Shown: positions 1 to 9,495 of the stretch, piece by piece | Position numbering within the stretch: position 1 is the stretch's first letter | Layout: each line of letters starts with the position of its first letter | Assembly: GCA_051532035.1 (NCBI GenBank) | Contig: JAOPTW010000016.1 | Coordinates: 32,001-96,000, forward strand | Origin: Fibrobacterales bacterium | GTDB taxonomy: Bacteria; Fibrobacterota; Fibrobacteria; Fibrobacterales; JAOPTW01 | Length of the DNA stretch: 64,000 bases | Direction: 5' to 3' | Translations under genes and position numbers: made by a program | The notes under the pieces: generated by a model | The model's input: only the letters and a program-made list of their open reading frames with translations | The model's database searches: none | Told to the model about the DNA's origin: nothing

Positions 1-350
1 GGAACTTCTGGAACATTTGTATCTGAAGCGATATGAGTGACCACAAGACTCCGCTGTACACTTCCCCCTTGTACAACAATAGAGACGCGATCTGCCTTGG
101 TATTTCGTAATATCTCATCAGCTAAGACCTGATAGAGGTCTTCATCATTTATGTAAGATGATATGGTCTTAATAAATTCATTAAAACTCTCTTGAAACTT
201 AAATATACCGTGGGGCTCTTCACTCCCCCGTTCAGCATGTGCGTTCTGCATCAGCTTCAATATTTGCATCAACAGTTTTTCATTTTGAGTACGAAGGTCC
301 TCAATCACTCCCTGCTGTTCATCAATCTTTCTACGTTGGTCTTGTGGCAT
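1..350 (-). CDS. 5' part of a probable GAF-domain sensory protein (runs off window edge)
   Basis: Manual translation from ATG at 350 is open to position 1: MPQDQRRKIDEQQGVIEDLRTQNEKLL...DEDLYQVLADEILRNTKADRVSIVVQ. A coiled coil is followed by the 'ADRVSI' start typical of GAF domains. Not in the ORF track. Confidence 0.6.
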   Translation of the reverse strand, partial: MPQDQRRKIDEQQGVIEDLRTQNEKLLMQILKLMQNAHAERGSEEPHGIFKFQESFNEFIKTISSYINDEDLYQVLADEILRNTKADRVSIVVQGGSVQRSLVVTHIASDTNVPEV

Positions 351-609
351 AGATGCTCTATCCAATTAACTATTGGTTTTTAGTCTCGTTCAATCCTTTA
401 AAATTGCAAAATTTTACCAGATTCCACCATTATTCAGGTAAAAATCCACTTATAAACATCAAGTTTTTGCTTATACAATCTATGATAAACGAATAAGATC
501 GAGGTCCGATTTCAGTTAGAGTAACATTTTGCCAGTTTGTAATTCCGATTTACTTACATTTATTCTGGAATATGGCAAAATAGCTCTGTAGAGCCCAAAT
601 AAGAGACTT

Positions 610-1830
610 ATGAAAATAGCAGTATATACAAATGAATTTCCCCCCAATATTTACGGTGGTGCCGGGATTCACGTAGACTTTTTGACCCGCGAGCTTAAGA
701 AAAAAGCTGAAATTGATGTTAAATGTTTTGGTGACCAAGATGTTACTGACGGTTCACTCACCGCAAAAGGGGTGAGCCCAATAATGCCTAAAGCGAGTTC
801 TGACAAACTCCAGAAGGTATTTTCTACCCTCGACAATGACCTTCAAATGTCTATTATGACAGAATCTGCTGATGTCGTCCATTGTCACACCTGGTATGCA
901 CATATGGCTGGGATCTGGTCAAAGATCATTTTAGATATCCCACTCTTTTTGACAACCCACTCTTTAGAAGCGCATCGTCCGTGGAAAGAAGAACAGCTCG
1001 GCATGGGTTACCACCTTTCGAGTTGGATTGAAAAAACCGCATACAATGAAGCAGATGGTATTATTGCGGTCTCCAAAGAGATGAAAAAAGATGTTGTTGA
1101 CGCCTATGGTGTTGACCCAAACAAAGTTGAAGTGATATACAACGGTATTGATCTTGACTACTACCAGCCAGACTGGGATGAGGCAACTCTCGAAAAATTT
1201 GGGATTGACCCTAAAAAACCGATGGTACTCTTTGTAGGGCGCATAACCCGTCAAAAAGGGATATCACACCTTGTTGACTCTATTGAGCTGATCAATTCTG
1301 ACACACAAGTGGTACTTTGTGCAGGTTCTCCTGATACCCCAGAAATTGAACAAGAGGTTCGTGAGAAAATTGAGGCTGTACAGAAAAAACGCGATGGCGT
1401 CATCTGGATTAGTGAAATGGTGGATCATACAGATCTTCGTCGTTTTTATACCCATGCAGACGTATTTGTGTGCCCATCACTCTACGAACCATTTGGCATC
1501 ATTAACCTCGAAGCAATGGCCTGTAAAACACCTGTTGTCGGGAGTGCTGTTGGCGGTATACCAGAAATTATTGTTGATGGCGAAACAGGGCTACTGGTTC
1601 CTCTTGAATCTGAATCAAAGATTAATTTCGAACCCAAACACCCGCGGGGCTTTCACAACTCCCTCGCCTTTAAAATTAATCAATTATTAGACAACCCATC
1701 TCTTAGAGAATCTATGGGAGAGGCAGCACGAAAACGAGTTGAAGAGATCTTTTCGTGGGAACGCATTGCAGAGCAGACACTAGCATTTTATCAGAGAGTT
1801 ATACATGACCGGAACAACAAAAAACAGTAA
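610..1830 (+). CDS. glgM: GT4 glycogen synthase of the GlgM type (alpha-maltose-1-phosphate synthase)
   Basis: Motifs TNEFPPNIYGGAGIHV, HCHTWY, HSLEAHRPWKEEQLG, FVGRITRQKG and YEPFGIINLEAM; adjacent to glgE. Confidence 0.9.
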   Translation: MKIAVYTNEFPPNIYGGAGIHVDFLTRELKKKAEIDVKCFGDQDVTDGSLTAKGVSPIMPKASSDKLQKVFSTLDNDLQMSIMTESADVVHCHTWYAHMAGIWSKIILDIPLFLTTHSLEAHRPWKEEQLGMGYHLSSWIEKTAYNEADGIIAVSKEMKKDVVDAYGVDPNKVEVIYNGIDLDYYQPDWDEATLEKFGIDPKKPMVLFVGRITRQKGISHLVDSIELINSDTQVVLCAGSPDTPEIEQEVREKIEAVQKKRDGVIWISEMVDHTDLRRFYTHADVFVCPSLYEPFGIINLEAMACKTPVVGSAVGGIPEIIVDGETGLLVPLESESKINFEPKHPRGFHNSLAFKINQLLDNPSLRESMGEAARKRVEEIFSWERIAEQTLAFYQRVIHDRNNKKQ

Positions 1831-3634
1831 GAAAAGCGCCAGCCCAAAAACCAAAGACGTTAAAAAAGTGGTAAAGAAAGCTCAAACAAAAATAGTACGT
1901 AAAGTGAAGAGCTCATTCCCTCCACTCTACACTATCACCATTGAAAATGTTAAGCCTATAATAAATGGTGGCGACTTCCCTATTAAGCGCGAGCCTATGG
2001 ACTGGGTAGAAGTTACAGCAGACCTCTTTCGCTGTGGACATGAAACATTTGAGATCAATCTTCTCTATAGAAAAAAGGGCGACTCGAACTGGTTAAGCTC
2101 ACCTATGAAATTTGTTGACAACGATGAGTGGGCGGGATCATTTCAGGTGACAGACCTTGGGCTTTACGAATATACCATTGAAGGGATTACTACAGAAATT
2201 GAAGACCCTTGCCCGAGCAAGCTTGATAAAATCTACGAAGTACGCGTGGACCCACACTATGCTCGCAATAGTTCGTGGTACGAAATATTCCCCCGGTCCC
2301 TCGGCAAGACTCCTGGTAAAAGCGGCACCTGGAATGATGTCGTTGACCGTATTGAAGATATTAAATACATGGGCTTTGACACCCTTTATGTCACTCCAAT
2401 CCACCCAATCGGTTTTACCAAAAGAAAGGGCCCCAACAACTCACTTATTGCAGGCCCCGAAGATCCGGGCTGTCCGTACGCTATCGGCAATCTCGAAGAG
2501 GGTGGACATTATGACCTAGAACCTCAACTGGGAACCGAAGCAGAGTTTGACCGTTTTGTAAAAGTATACAAAGAGAATGGTTTTAATCTCGCTCTTGACG
2601 TTGCCCTTAACTGCTCTCCTGATCATCCTCATGTACATGAACACCCTGAGTGGTTTTATCATGAAGAAGATGGATCGATACAGTGCGCTATAAATCCTCC
2701 TAAACGCTATGAAGATGTTTATCCCTATAACTACGTGAATGAAAATTACGAAGAGCTCTGGGAAGATATCCGCGATATGCTTATTCACTGGACTGAGAAA
2801 GGGTTTGATATTTTTAGAATCGACAACCCCCACACCAAGCCATTCGCTTTTTGGGAGTGGATCATTAAAGAGGTTAAGGCAAAGCACCCTCATGTAGTCT
2901 TTTTGGCAGAAGCATTTACCCGCCCAAAATTGATGCACCGCCTCGCTAAGATCGGCTTTGATCAGTCCTACAGTTATTTTACTTGGCGCGAAGAGAAGTC
3001 GGAGTTTGAGGAGTACCTCAAAGAGTTGACGCAATCCGATGCGAAAGAGTATATGCGTGCCATCTTTTTCCCCACAACACCAGACATTTTACCCAAGCAT
3101 TTACAAAACGCTCCTCGCGAAGCATTTGAACTTCGTGCATTTTTAGCCATGACACTATCGAGCCTTTCGGGAATCTATAGTGGCTATGAACTTTGTGAAA
3201 ACATACCAAGCCCCGTAAAAGATGAACTCCTTGACTCTGAAAAATATGAGTTTAGTGTTCGTGATTGGTGGGCTCCTGGAAACATTAAAGAATTTATCAG
3301 CAAAGTGAACTGGGCTAAAAAGGTGAACAGTGCTCTTTGGGAGTATGACAACCTCGAATTTCATAGTGCAGGTAATGATAAAATCATGGTCTATTCAAAG
3401 AGAGATAAGAGCAATGGCAATACGATACTCTGTATTGCTAATCTAGACTCGTACAATACTCAAGAGTCTATGGTACACCTCGATATGCCTGCACTTGGCC
3501 TTGAAAATGGGGCAAGCTTTGAGTGTCTCGACATATTAAATAACGAACAATATATCTGGCATGGACAAGACAACTATGTCAAGCTCGACCCAAAACAACA
3601 ACCGGCTCACTTCTTTCAAGTGCGCCCCCTATAG
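1805..3634 (+). CDS. glgE: alpha-1,4-glucan:maltose-1-phosphate maltosyltransferase (GH13)
   Basis: Motifs WYEIFPRS, PIHPIG..RKGPNN, CSPDHP, NPPKRYED, FRIDNPHTKP (nucleophile Asp), FLAEAF and TPDILP. Confidence 0.93.
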   Translation: MTGTTKNSKKSASPKTKDVKKVVKKAQTKIVRKVKSSFPPLYTITIENVKPIINGGDFPIKREPMDWVEVTADLFRCGHETFEINLLYRKKGDSNWLSSPMKFVDNDEWAGSFQVTDLGLYEYTIEGITTEIEDPCPSKLDKIYEVRVDPHYARNSSWYEIFPRSLGKTPGKSGTWNDVVDRIEDIKYMGFDTLYVTPIHPIGFTKRKGPNNSLIAGPEDPGCPYAIGNLEEGGHYDLEPQLGTEAEFDRFVKVYKENGFNLALDVALNCSPDHPHVHEHPEWFYHEEDGSIQCAINPPKRYEDVYPYNYVNENYEELWEDIRDMLIHWTEKGFDIFRIDNPHTKPFAFWEWIIKEVKAKHPHVVFLAEAFTRPKLMHRLAKIGFDQSYSYFTWREEKSEFEEYLKELTQSDAKEYMRAIFFPTTPDILPKHLQNAPREAFELRAFLAMTLSSLSGIYSGYELCENIPSPVKDELLDSEKYEFSVRDWWAPGNIKEFISKVNWAKKVNSALWEYDNLEFHSAGNDKIMVYSKRDKSNGNTILCIANLDSYNTQESMVHLDMPALGLENGASFECLDILNNEQYIWHGQDNYVKLDPKQQPAHFFQVRPL

Positions 3635-3655
3635 CAGAATACGAAGAGACACTTT

Positions 3656-3940
3656 ATGAAAAAAAGAGTTAAAGTTCAATGCCCCTGTTGTAATTCCGTG
3701 ATGGAGGTCGACACCGCTACTGGTGTGGTCCTCTCTCACTCTTCACAAAAAAAAGAGACAAAATCTCTCGAAGAGTTTATGGAAACTGAAAAAAACAAAA
3801 TCTCTATTCTTGATGAAAAGTTCAAAGAGGCGAAAAACAAAGAGAAATCAAAATTCGAAACTCTGGACGCGAAATTCAAACACGCTCAAGAGAACGAAGA
3901 TACGCTCGAAGACCCGCCACCCAGCGTATTTTGGGATTAA
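3656..3940 (+). CDS. small hypothetical protein, N-terminal CPCC motif plus charged coiled coil
   Basis: VQCPCCNSVMEVDTATG followed by a K/E-rich helix; tight spacing with both neighbours. Confidence 0.7.
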   Translation: MKKRVKVQCPCCNSVMEVDTATGVVLSHSSQKKETKSLEEFMETEKNKISILDEKFKEAKNKEKSKFETLDAKFKHAQENEDTLEDPPPSVFWD

Positions 3941-3958
3941 TAAAAGGCTCATATTACT

Positions 3959-4549
3959 ATGGAAATATTTGACGTACACCCAGACAACCCCCAAAAACGC
4001 CTCGTACAACGAGTCGTTGATATATTCAACAAAGGGGGACTGATTGTCTACCCCACTGATGCAGGATATAGTGTTGGGTGCAATGCAGAAGATAAAAAAG
4101 CCATAAACCGTCTCTATAAATTAAAAAAGCCCATTAAAAAGTATGTGATGGCGCTGATGCTTAATGACTTCTCTCGCATAACTGAGTACGCTAAAATGGA
4201 TAACTTTGCTTTTAAATATATTAAGCAAAGAGAGTCTGGACGGTATACTTTTATTCTCCCTGCACAGATTCATATTATGCGCAAACTTGATGTTAAACGA
4301 AAAGAGGTCGGAATACGTATGCCTAAACATCCATTCCTTGAAGCTTTTTTTGAATTAACAAATGACCCTATTTTAAATACCGCAGCTCATATGTCAGAGG
4401 ATGAATTTTATACAGCCCCTGATGACCTTATAAAGGCATTTAATGGAAAGGTTGATGCTATTGTTACCTGTGGTGAAATACTGCTTGACCCTACAAACGT
4501 AATCAGCTTAGTTGACGGATACCCTGAGGTCATAAGAGGAGAAGAGTAA
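3959..4549 (+). CDS. yciO: Sua5/YciO/YrdC family protein (YciO-like)
   Basis: VHPDNPQKR, GGLIVYPTD.GY.VGC, YTFILPA, KRKEVGIRMP. Confidence 0.85.
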   Translation: MEIFDVHPDNPQKRLVQRVVDIFNKGGLIVYPTDAGYSVGCNAEDKKAINRLYKLKKPIKKYVMALMLNDFSRITEYAKMDNFAFKYIKQRESGRYTFILPAQIHIMRKLDVKRKEVGIRMPKHPFLEAFFELTNDPILNTAAHMSEDEFYTAPDDLIKAFNGKVDAIVTCGEILLDPTNVISLVDGYPEVIRGEE

Positions 4550-4618
4550 GTGGCTATTGCAATAATCACCGGAGCATCATCCGGTATTGGCGAGATGAGA
4601 AAGCAGAACTTACGGTAA
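4550..4618 (+). pseudogene. N-terminal remnant of a short-chain dehydrogenase/reductase
   Basis: GTG immediately after the yciO stop encodes (M)AIAIITGASSGIGEMRKQNLR*. TGASSGIG is the SDR TGxxxGIG motif. The frame stops inside the 3' end of the convergent WYL gene. Confidence 0.65.
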
Positions 4619-5608
4619 GAGGGACTCAACCCGTTCTTTAAGTTTTTTTGGTTCAACTACTTCACAGGCACCTGTGGCAACACGCCCCACAAGCCAGCGT
4701 TCAAAATCAACAGTAATATACAGTTTTAATGTAATAGTTTTTTTAGAACCGTCACAGTCTGCAGCAGGATCGAAATGGGCATCTTTCATATGGCGATAAA
4801 ACCAAGGTTCTTTACTCTTTAACACAACGCGTTCTACAGCATCTTCACTATTTTCATTACTCCACTGAGCAAACTTATACTTATAAAATTCTTGAATCTC
4901 TTTTTGATGAGAGGCATCAAAATAGTGTTCGGGCACGTTTCCTGAAAGCACCTGAATTATCCCTTTCATACGATCAAGGCGAAGGGTACGAAGAAGTGTC
5001 CCATTTTTTTTTCTATACCCCATAACATACAGCTGCCCAATGCGGAGCACAAGTTTCACCGGATAGAATTCGATCATGCTCTCTTCATCACGACTCGACG
5101 TATATTTACCGATTCGAATAGCGTGCCGTTTATCAATAGCCTGTAAAATTTTATCCATTGCAGGATTCATTTTGATGGAGTCGGGATTTACCGCAAAAGG
5201 GCCATGACTGATAATCCAGTGAGCATCCGATTGTTGTAGTTTTTGAGGCGATGAGCGGTTCTCTAAAAATGAACCAACATGAGTGAGTAAATCTTGGTAC
5301 TGCGCCATTCCTGAATTGGAGAGTTCCTGAGTCATTTTTTTAAAGGCAACGATTGAATCATCATCAATCCAGTTTTGACGGGACAAAATATGAAAGGTTG
5401 ATTCTCGACCAATCTGATTGTCTTTTCGTACAAAATCCTGATTATTGAGGGAAACCTCTTGCAGATAGCGTGCAAGGGTACGCTCATCAATGGGGTCACC
5501 ATATTCTGACTCAATCTGATGAAGCAACCTTGTTTTGGTCCATTCACGTTCTTTAAGTAAAGATTCAATCAGAGAAATACGTTGATATTTTGAACTCTCT
5601 TTTTTCAT
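4610..5608 (-). CDS. WYL-domain transcriptional regulator (wHTH-WYL-WCX)
   Basis: N-terminal HTH (IDERTLARYLQEV); WYL core (KILQAIDKRHAIRIGKY...FYPVKLVLRIGQLYVMGY...RTLRLDRM); WCX-like end (FERWLVG...EVVEPKKLKERV). Confidence 0.88.
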   Translation of the reverse strand: MKKESSKYQRISLIESLLKEREWTKTRLLHQIESEYGDPIDERTLARYLQEVSLNNQDFVRKDNQIGRESTFHILSRQNWIDDDSIVAFKKMTQELSNSGMAQYQDLLTHVGSFLENRSSPQKLQQSDAHWIISHGPFAVNPDSIKMNPAMDKILQAIDKRHAIRIGKYTSSRDEESMIEFYPVKLVLRIGQLYVMGYRKKNGTLLRTLRLDRMKGIIQVLSGNVPEHYFDASHQKEIQEFYKYKFAQWSNENSEDAVERVVLKSKEPWFYRHMKDAHFDPAADCDGSKKTITLKLYITVDFERWLVGRVATGACEVVEPKKLKERVESLLP

Positions 5609-5657
5609 AGGTCAGCTTCACTCGTTAAACGGCAGTATAGAGTAAAGAGAAGTTATA

Positions 5658-5672
5658 TGACAAATTTTGTCA
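5658..5672. promoter_or_regulatory. TGACA-N5-TGTCA palindrome upstream of the WYL gene (putative WYL box)
   Basis: TGACAAATTTTGTCA is a perfect inverted repeat 50 nt upstream of the WYL start. On the minus strand its half-site TTGTCA lies 18 nt before TATACT. Confidence 0.65.
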
Positions 5673-5846
5673 ACGCTCTGTGAAGCCAAGTGGTCATACC
5701 GCCTTAAAAGAGCTATTTCTGCTATTGCTGTGGGCAGACACTCTGTGCTTTCAGCATGTATCCAAAGCGCCACTGTGAGGCAATTTTTAGAGTCCTCCTT
5801 TACTATTCCCTCGACCTCACTCATAAATTAAGATATAATACAATAT

Positions 5847-6116
5847 ATGAGACTGAAACCACTAAATGCGCAGACAACAATTACCGATATGATAGAACAA
5901 TCACAATCGGTATATGATAGACCTGCTTTATCGGAAGAGGACTACAAAACTAAAATGCGCGATCTACTCCCTGGCACAGCCCAAACTCAACTCGAAACAG
6001 ATGAGCTTCAGCATATTTCTGATATGGTGGAACGCTATGAGCAGCTTTCGAAACAGTATCACGACAGTGATGAACGAGTCACCCTTCGAAAACTGATGCA
6101 TCGCAAACCGGAGTAA
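5847..6116 (+). CDS. hypothetical protein
   Basis: 89 aa ORF with TATAAT 7 nt before the ATG; ends 3 nt before glpK. Confidence 0.6.
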   Translation: MRLKPLNAQTTITDMIEQSQSVYDRPALSEEDYKTKMRDLLPGTAQTQLETDELQHISDMVERYEQLSKQYHDSDERVTLRKLMHRKPE

Positions 6117-6119
6117 GAT

Positions 6120-7613
6120 GTGACTCAGTACATTATTGCACTTGATCAGGGAACCACCAGTTCACGAGCAGTACTCTTTACTGACACTTTAGATCTTGTT
6201 GATATTTGCCAAGAAGAGTTTCCTCAATACTTCCCTCATGATGGCTGGGTAGAACACGACCCCGACGAAATCTGGCAAAGTCAATATAGAGTGTTATTGC
6301 AACTCATTAAACAAAACAACCTTTTGCCTTCCCAAATCATCACCATTGGCATTACTAATCAGCGAGAGACTACTATTGTGTGGGATCGTACAACAGGTGC
6401 CCCCATATACAATGCAATCGTCTGGCAAGATAGACGAACTGCACCACTCTGTGAAAAGCTCAAGCAACAAGGACTTGCTACAACCATTCAAGAAAAAACA
6501 GGCTTGGTTATCGATGCCTATTTTTCGGCGACCAAATTGAAGTGGTTATTAGAGGAAGTTCCCGGAGCCCACGATAAAGCGCTAAAAGGGGACCTCCTTT
6601 TTGGGACTGTTGATAGCTGGCTCATATGGAAATTAACGAATGGTGCACACCATGCAACTGATGCAACGAATGCTTGTAGAACAATGCTCTTTAACATTTC
6701 TGAAATGTGTTGGGACAAAGACCTCTGTAATACTCTCTCTATTCCAATAGCTATGCTCCCGGAAGTGAGAAACTCATCTGACTCTTTTGGCGAATGGATG
6801 CTCGATGGTGTCGCCATTCCTATATCAGGTGTAGCTGGCGATCAACAAGCAGCCACCTTTGGACAACGATGTTTTGAAAAAGGAATGGTTAAAAATACGT
6901 ATGGTACCGGTTGTTTTATGGTGATGAATACTGGGTCAGAGCGAGTGACCAGTACTCAAGGACTCCTCACCACTATTGCTTGGATCCTCGATGGCAAACC
7001 AACGTACGCCCTTGAAGGAAGTGTTTTTGTAGCAGGTGCAGCGATCCAGTGGCTGCGCGACGGCTTAAACCTTTTTTCTAATGCTAAAGACTCTGAGGCA
7101 CTTGCGCACCATGCAAAAAGTGATGATCAGGTTGTTGTAGTCCCCGCATTTACTGGACTGGGCGCGCCCTATTGGGATATGTATGCCCGTGGTGCTATTT
7201 TTGGATTGACCCGTGATACCGGTATAGCCGAAATTACTCGAGCCACCCTTGAATCCATCGCCTTCCAAAGCTATGACATTCTAAATTGCATGCAAAAAGA
7301 TAGTGAGACTACTATTCCTATTATGGCTGCTGATGGTGGGGCTGCTGCTAATAATTTTCTCATGCAGTTTCAGGCTGACCTCTTGGGGATTCCTGTTGAA
7401 CGCCCCTCTATTACTGAATCCACAGCCCTCGGTGCAGCAACTCTTGCCGGACTCCATCATTCACTCTGGACAATGGATGAGCTGAAAAGTAAACAAATTG
7501 AGAAAACATTTACACCGTCAATTGATACAGAGTACAGAGCACGCCTCATAAGAAACTGGAACAACGCCATTCAACGAGTACTTTCTACTCCTCATCAATC
7601 AGACGAAGAGTAG
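6120..7613 (+). CDS. glpK: glycerol kinase
   Basis: ALDQGTTSSRA, GITNQRET, AIVWQDRRT, YFSATK, GDQQAA, KNTYGTGCF, YALEGS, PAFTGLGAPYWD. Confidence 0.97.
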   Translation: MTQYIIALDQGTTSSRAVLFTDTLDLVDICQEEFPQYFPHDGWVEHDPDEIWQSQYRVLLQLIKQNNLLPSQIITIGITNQRETTIVWDRTTGAPIYNAIVWQDRRTAPLCEKLKQQGLATTIQEKTGLVIDAYFSATKLKWLLEEVPGAHDKALKGDLLFGTVDSWLIWKLTNGAHHATDATNACRTMLFNISEMCWDKDLCNTLSIPIAMLPEVRNSSDSFGEWMLDGVAIPISGVAGDQQAATFGQRCFEKGMVKNTYGTGCFMVMNTGSERVTSTQGLLTTIAWILDGKPTYALEGSVFVAGAAIQWLRDGLNLFSNAKDSEALAHHAKSDDQVVVVPAFTGLGAPYWDMYARGAIFGLTRDTGIAEITRATLESIAFQSYDILNCMQKDSETTIPIMAADGGAAANNFLMQFQADLLGIPVERPSITESTALGAATLAGLHHSLWTMDELKSKQIEKTFTPSIDTEYRARLIRNWNNAIQRVLSTPHQSDEE

Positions 7614-7672
7614 ATACAAAAAAAGCCCTTTGTATAAAGGACCACTGTATTGAATATAAAGAGCTCTAAACG

Positions 7673-7924
7673 TTACCCGTCTATTTTACCCTTAATATCA
7701 TTAACGTCACCTTGACTCACGCCCATCTCATCCATCACCTCTTGGAGTGCACCAGGATTCATCATGAGTTCACCAACAATTTTTTGAATTGCTGAAGGAT
7801 CGATACCCATTTCAGTTATTTTAGTCATTGCACTCAGAGGATTCTCTTTGACTGCAGACACAAGCTCTTGCGCTTGTTCAGGAGTTATGTTAAGTTCATT
7901 AAAAATTTCTGATAGTTTAGACAT
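7673..7924 (-). CDS. small helical protein, DUF2999-like
   Basis: ENPLSAM..I..MGIDP...Q.....LM.NPGAL resembles my recollection of the DUF2999 family. Confidence 0.6.
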   Translation of the reverse strand: MSKLSEIFNELNITPEQAQELVSAVKENPLSAMTKITEMGIDPSAIQKIVGELMMNPGALQEVMDEMGVSQGDVNDIKGKIDG

Positions 7925-7978
7925 AGAAGACCTCTTTTTTAAATAAAAATAGCAAATGGAGTGATGTTTTTCATTCCA

Positions 7979-8326
7979 TTACTCAACGATATAGAGCTCA
8001 ACTTCATCCTCGCCTATACCATTCATATCCTCATCAGTTTGATCGTACTCATACAATAGATCAAAATCACTCCCCATATCTTCAAGCATTAACAGTGCAT
8101 ACTGCTCTTGTATAGGGTCAATTGAGGGTGACTGAGGAGCATAGAGTACTACAATGATAACCGCGATTATCATCAGCGCTACAGAGCTCATTATCTTTAT
8201 ACTATAAAAGAGTATTCGCCGTTGTTTCTGCTCATAGACAACCTTTTCACTAAAGTGAAGCTCCTCTGGAGAAACCGATGTAAATAGATCACTCAGTGAC
8301 GATTCCGTATATTTTTTATCAGCCAT
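7979..8326 (-). CDS. single-pass membrane protein, putative anti-sigma factor
   Basis: One TM segment and an acidic C-terminus; overlaps the stop of the ECF sigma gene. Confidence 0.65.
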   Translation of the reverse strand: MADKKYTESSLSDLFTSVSPEELHFSEKVVYEQKQRRILFYSIKIMSSVALMIIAVIIVVLYAPQSPSIDPIQEQYALLMLEDMGSDFDLLYEYDQTDEDMNGIGEDEVELYIVE

Positions 8327-8840
8327 GATCTCCCCCTCTATTGAGTAGCACTATCATTTTTTGTTTTGCCTCATGAATCCTTGACTTAACCGTACCTTCT
8401 TTGATACCAAGAATCGCGGCAATTTCATCATATCTAAAACCTTCCATCTCTTTAAGCACCAGGGGTTCACGATATTTCCCCTCGAGTTTTTGCAATGCAC
8501 TATTGAGATGGGCCACTTCTGGACGCACCGACTCAGTTGCTGGTGCATGCAGCGCTTCTTCGAAGGCCTCAACGGGCTTAAGATGCTTTCGTACATACTG
8601 TAAGCTCACATTACGCACCAGGCCAAAAAGCCAGGTACTAAAAGCAGCATCCTCTTTAAAACCCAATAAGGACTTTTGGAGGGCAATAAAGGACTCTTGC
8701 ACCACATCATCAACACATCCTTTGTTGCCAATGGTATACATGACCATTCGTCGCACCCCATCAAGGTATCGTCCAGTCAACTGATCAAGGGCCGGTTTGG
8801 AGCCGGCCTTGATTTCATGTATTAATTCACTATCAGTCAC
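8319..8840 (-). CDS. ECF RNA polymerase sigma factor
   Basis: Region 2 DDVVQESFI...FSTWLF; region 4 YREPLVLKEMEGFRYDEIAAILGIKEGTVKSRIH. Confidence 0.93.
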   Translation of the reverse strand: MTDSELIHEIKAGSKPALDQLTGRYLDGVRRMVMYTIGNKGCVDDVVQESFIALQKSLLGFKEDAAFSTWLFGLVRNVSLQYVRKHLKPVEAFEEALHAPATESVRPEVAHLNSALQKLEGKYREPLVLKEMEGFRYDEIAAILGIKEGTVKSRIHEAKQKMIVLLNRGGDHG

Positions 8841-8874
8841 ACTGTGCCTTTATTAAAATATACACCCAAAGTGC

Positions 8875-9387
8875 CTATTTATTCCAGCTCTTGCCCTGTT
8901 TGCCGTGCTTGCCTCTTTTACCTTTATCACTTAGGCGATGCATAATGTATGTATCCCACTGTTCTTTAGTGAGGAGCTCTTTAATCTTTGCATCTTTCTC
9001 AAACTGTTTGATATGAATTTGAGCCCATATATCACCACGCTTATTGCAATTTTTAGTTATAAGGTCCATATCGAACTTATCTCTGAGTATCATTTTTTTA
9101 AGAACAATTTTGTGTTCTTCAGACTCTAATTTAAGAAGTGCAATTTGTTTATGATGCGCACTTAAAATCACTTTTACTTGTTCTTGGGTAGACTGATCAA
9201 GCCCCAACTTTTTAAAGAGTCGATTAAATTTTGGCCCTTTAGCCATTCTTTTACACTCTTTATCACCACGCGGACACTCATATTTTTTACCACCGCCATC
9301 ACCATACCCTTTTCCTTTACTATTGCCAAGCCCTTGAGCCATAACCATAGTTGCTGTAAGCATGAGTATCATCAGTAACTGTTTCAT
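8875..9387 (-). CDS. exported Spy/CpxP-like helical protein
   Basis: Signal peptide; KKLGLDQSTQEQV and LLTKEQW (LTxxQ) motifs; first gene of the ECF/anti-sigma operon. Confidence 0.75.
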   Translation of the reverse strand: MKQLLMILMLTATMVMAQGLGNSKGKGYGDGGGKKYECPRGDKECKRMAKGPKFNRLFKKLGLDQSTQEQVKVILSAHHKQIALLKLESEEHKIVLKKMILRDKFDMDLITKNCNKRGDIWAQIHIKQFEKDAKIKELLTKEQWDTYIMHRLSDKGKRGKHGKQGKSWNK

Positions 9388-9495
9388 TGTTTCACCTCTT
9401 GTTAATCGTTCTTTTACCTATAAGTGTAGTGGACGACCACTTTCGTTCGATAAAAATTCATTTTTTTAAAATTTGTGTTTTTTATAAGAATAAGA

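Noticed and set aside
4610..5608. WYL gene as a BrxR/CapW-type regulator of a defence island
   Set aside because: The neighbours are glpK and glycogen genes, not defence genes, and its upstream motif recurs at repair genes instead.
5618..5824. 68 aa minus-strand ORF upstream of the WYL gene
   Set aside because: No recognisable motif, and it runs through the WYL promoter and palindrome; probably spurious.
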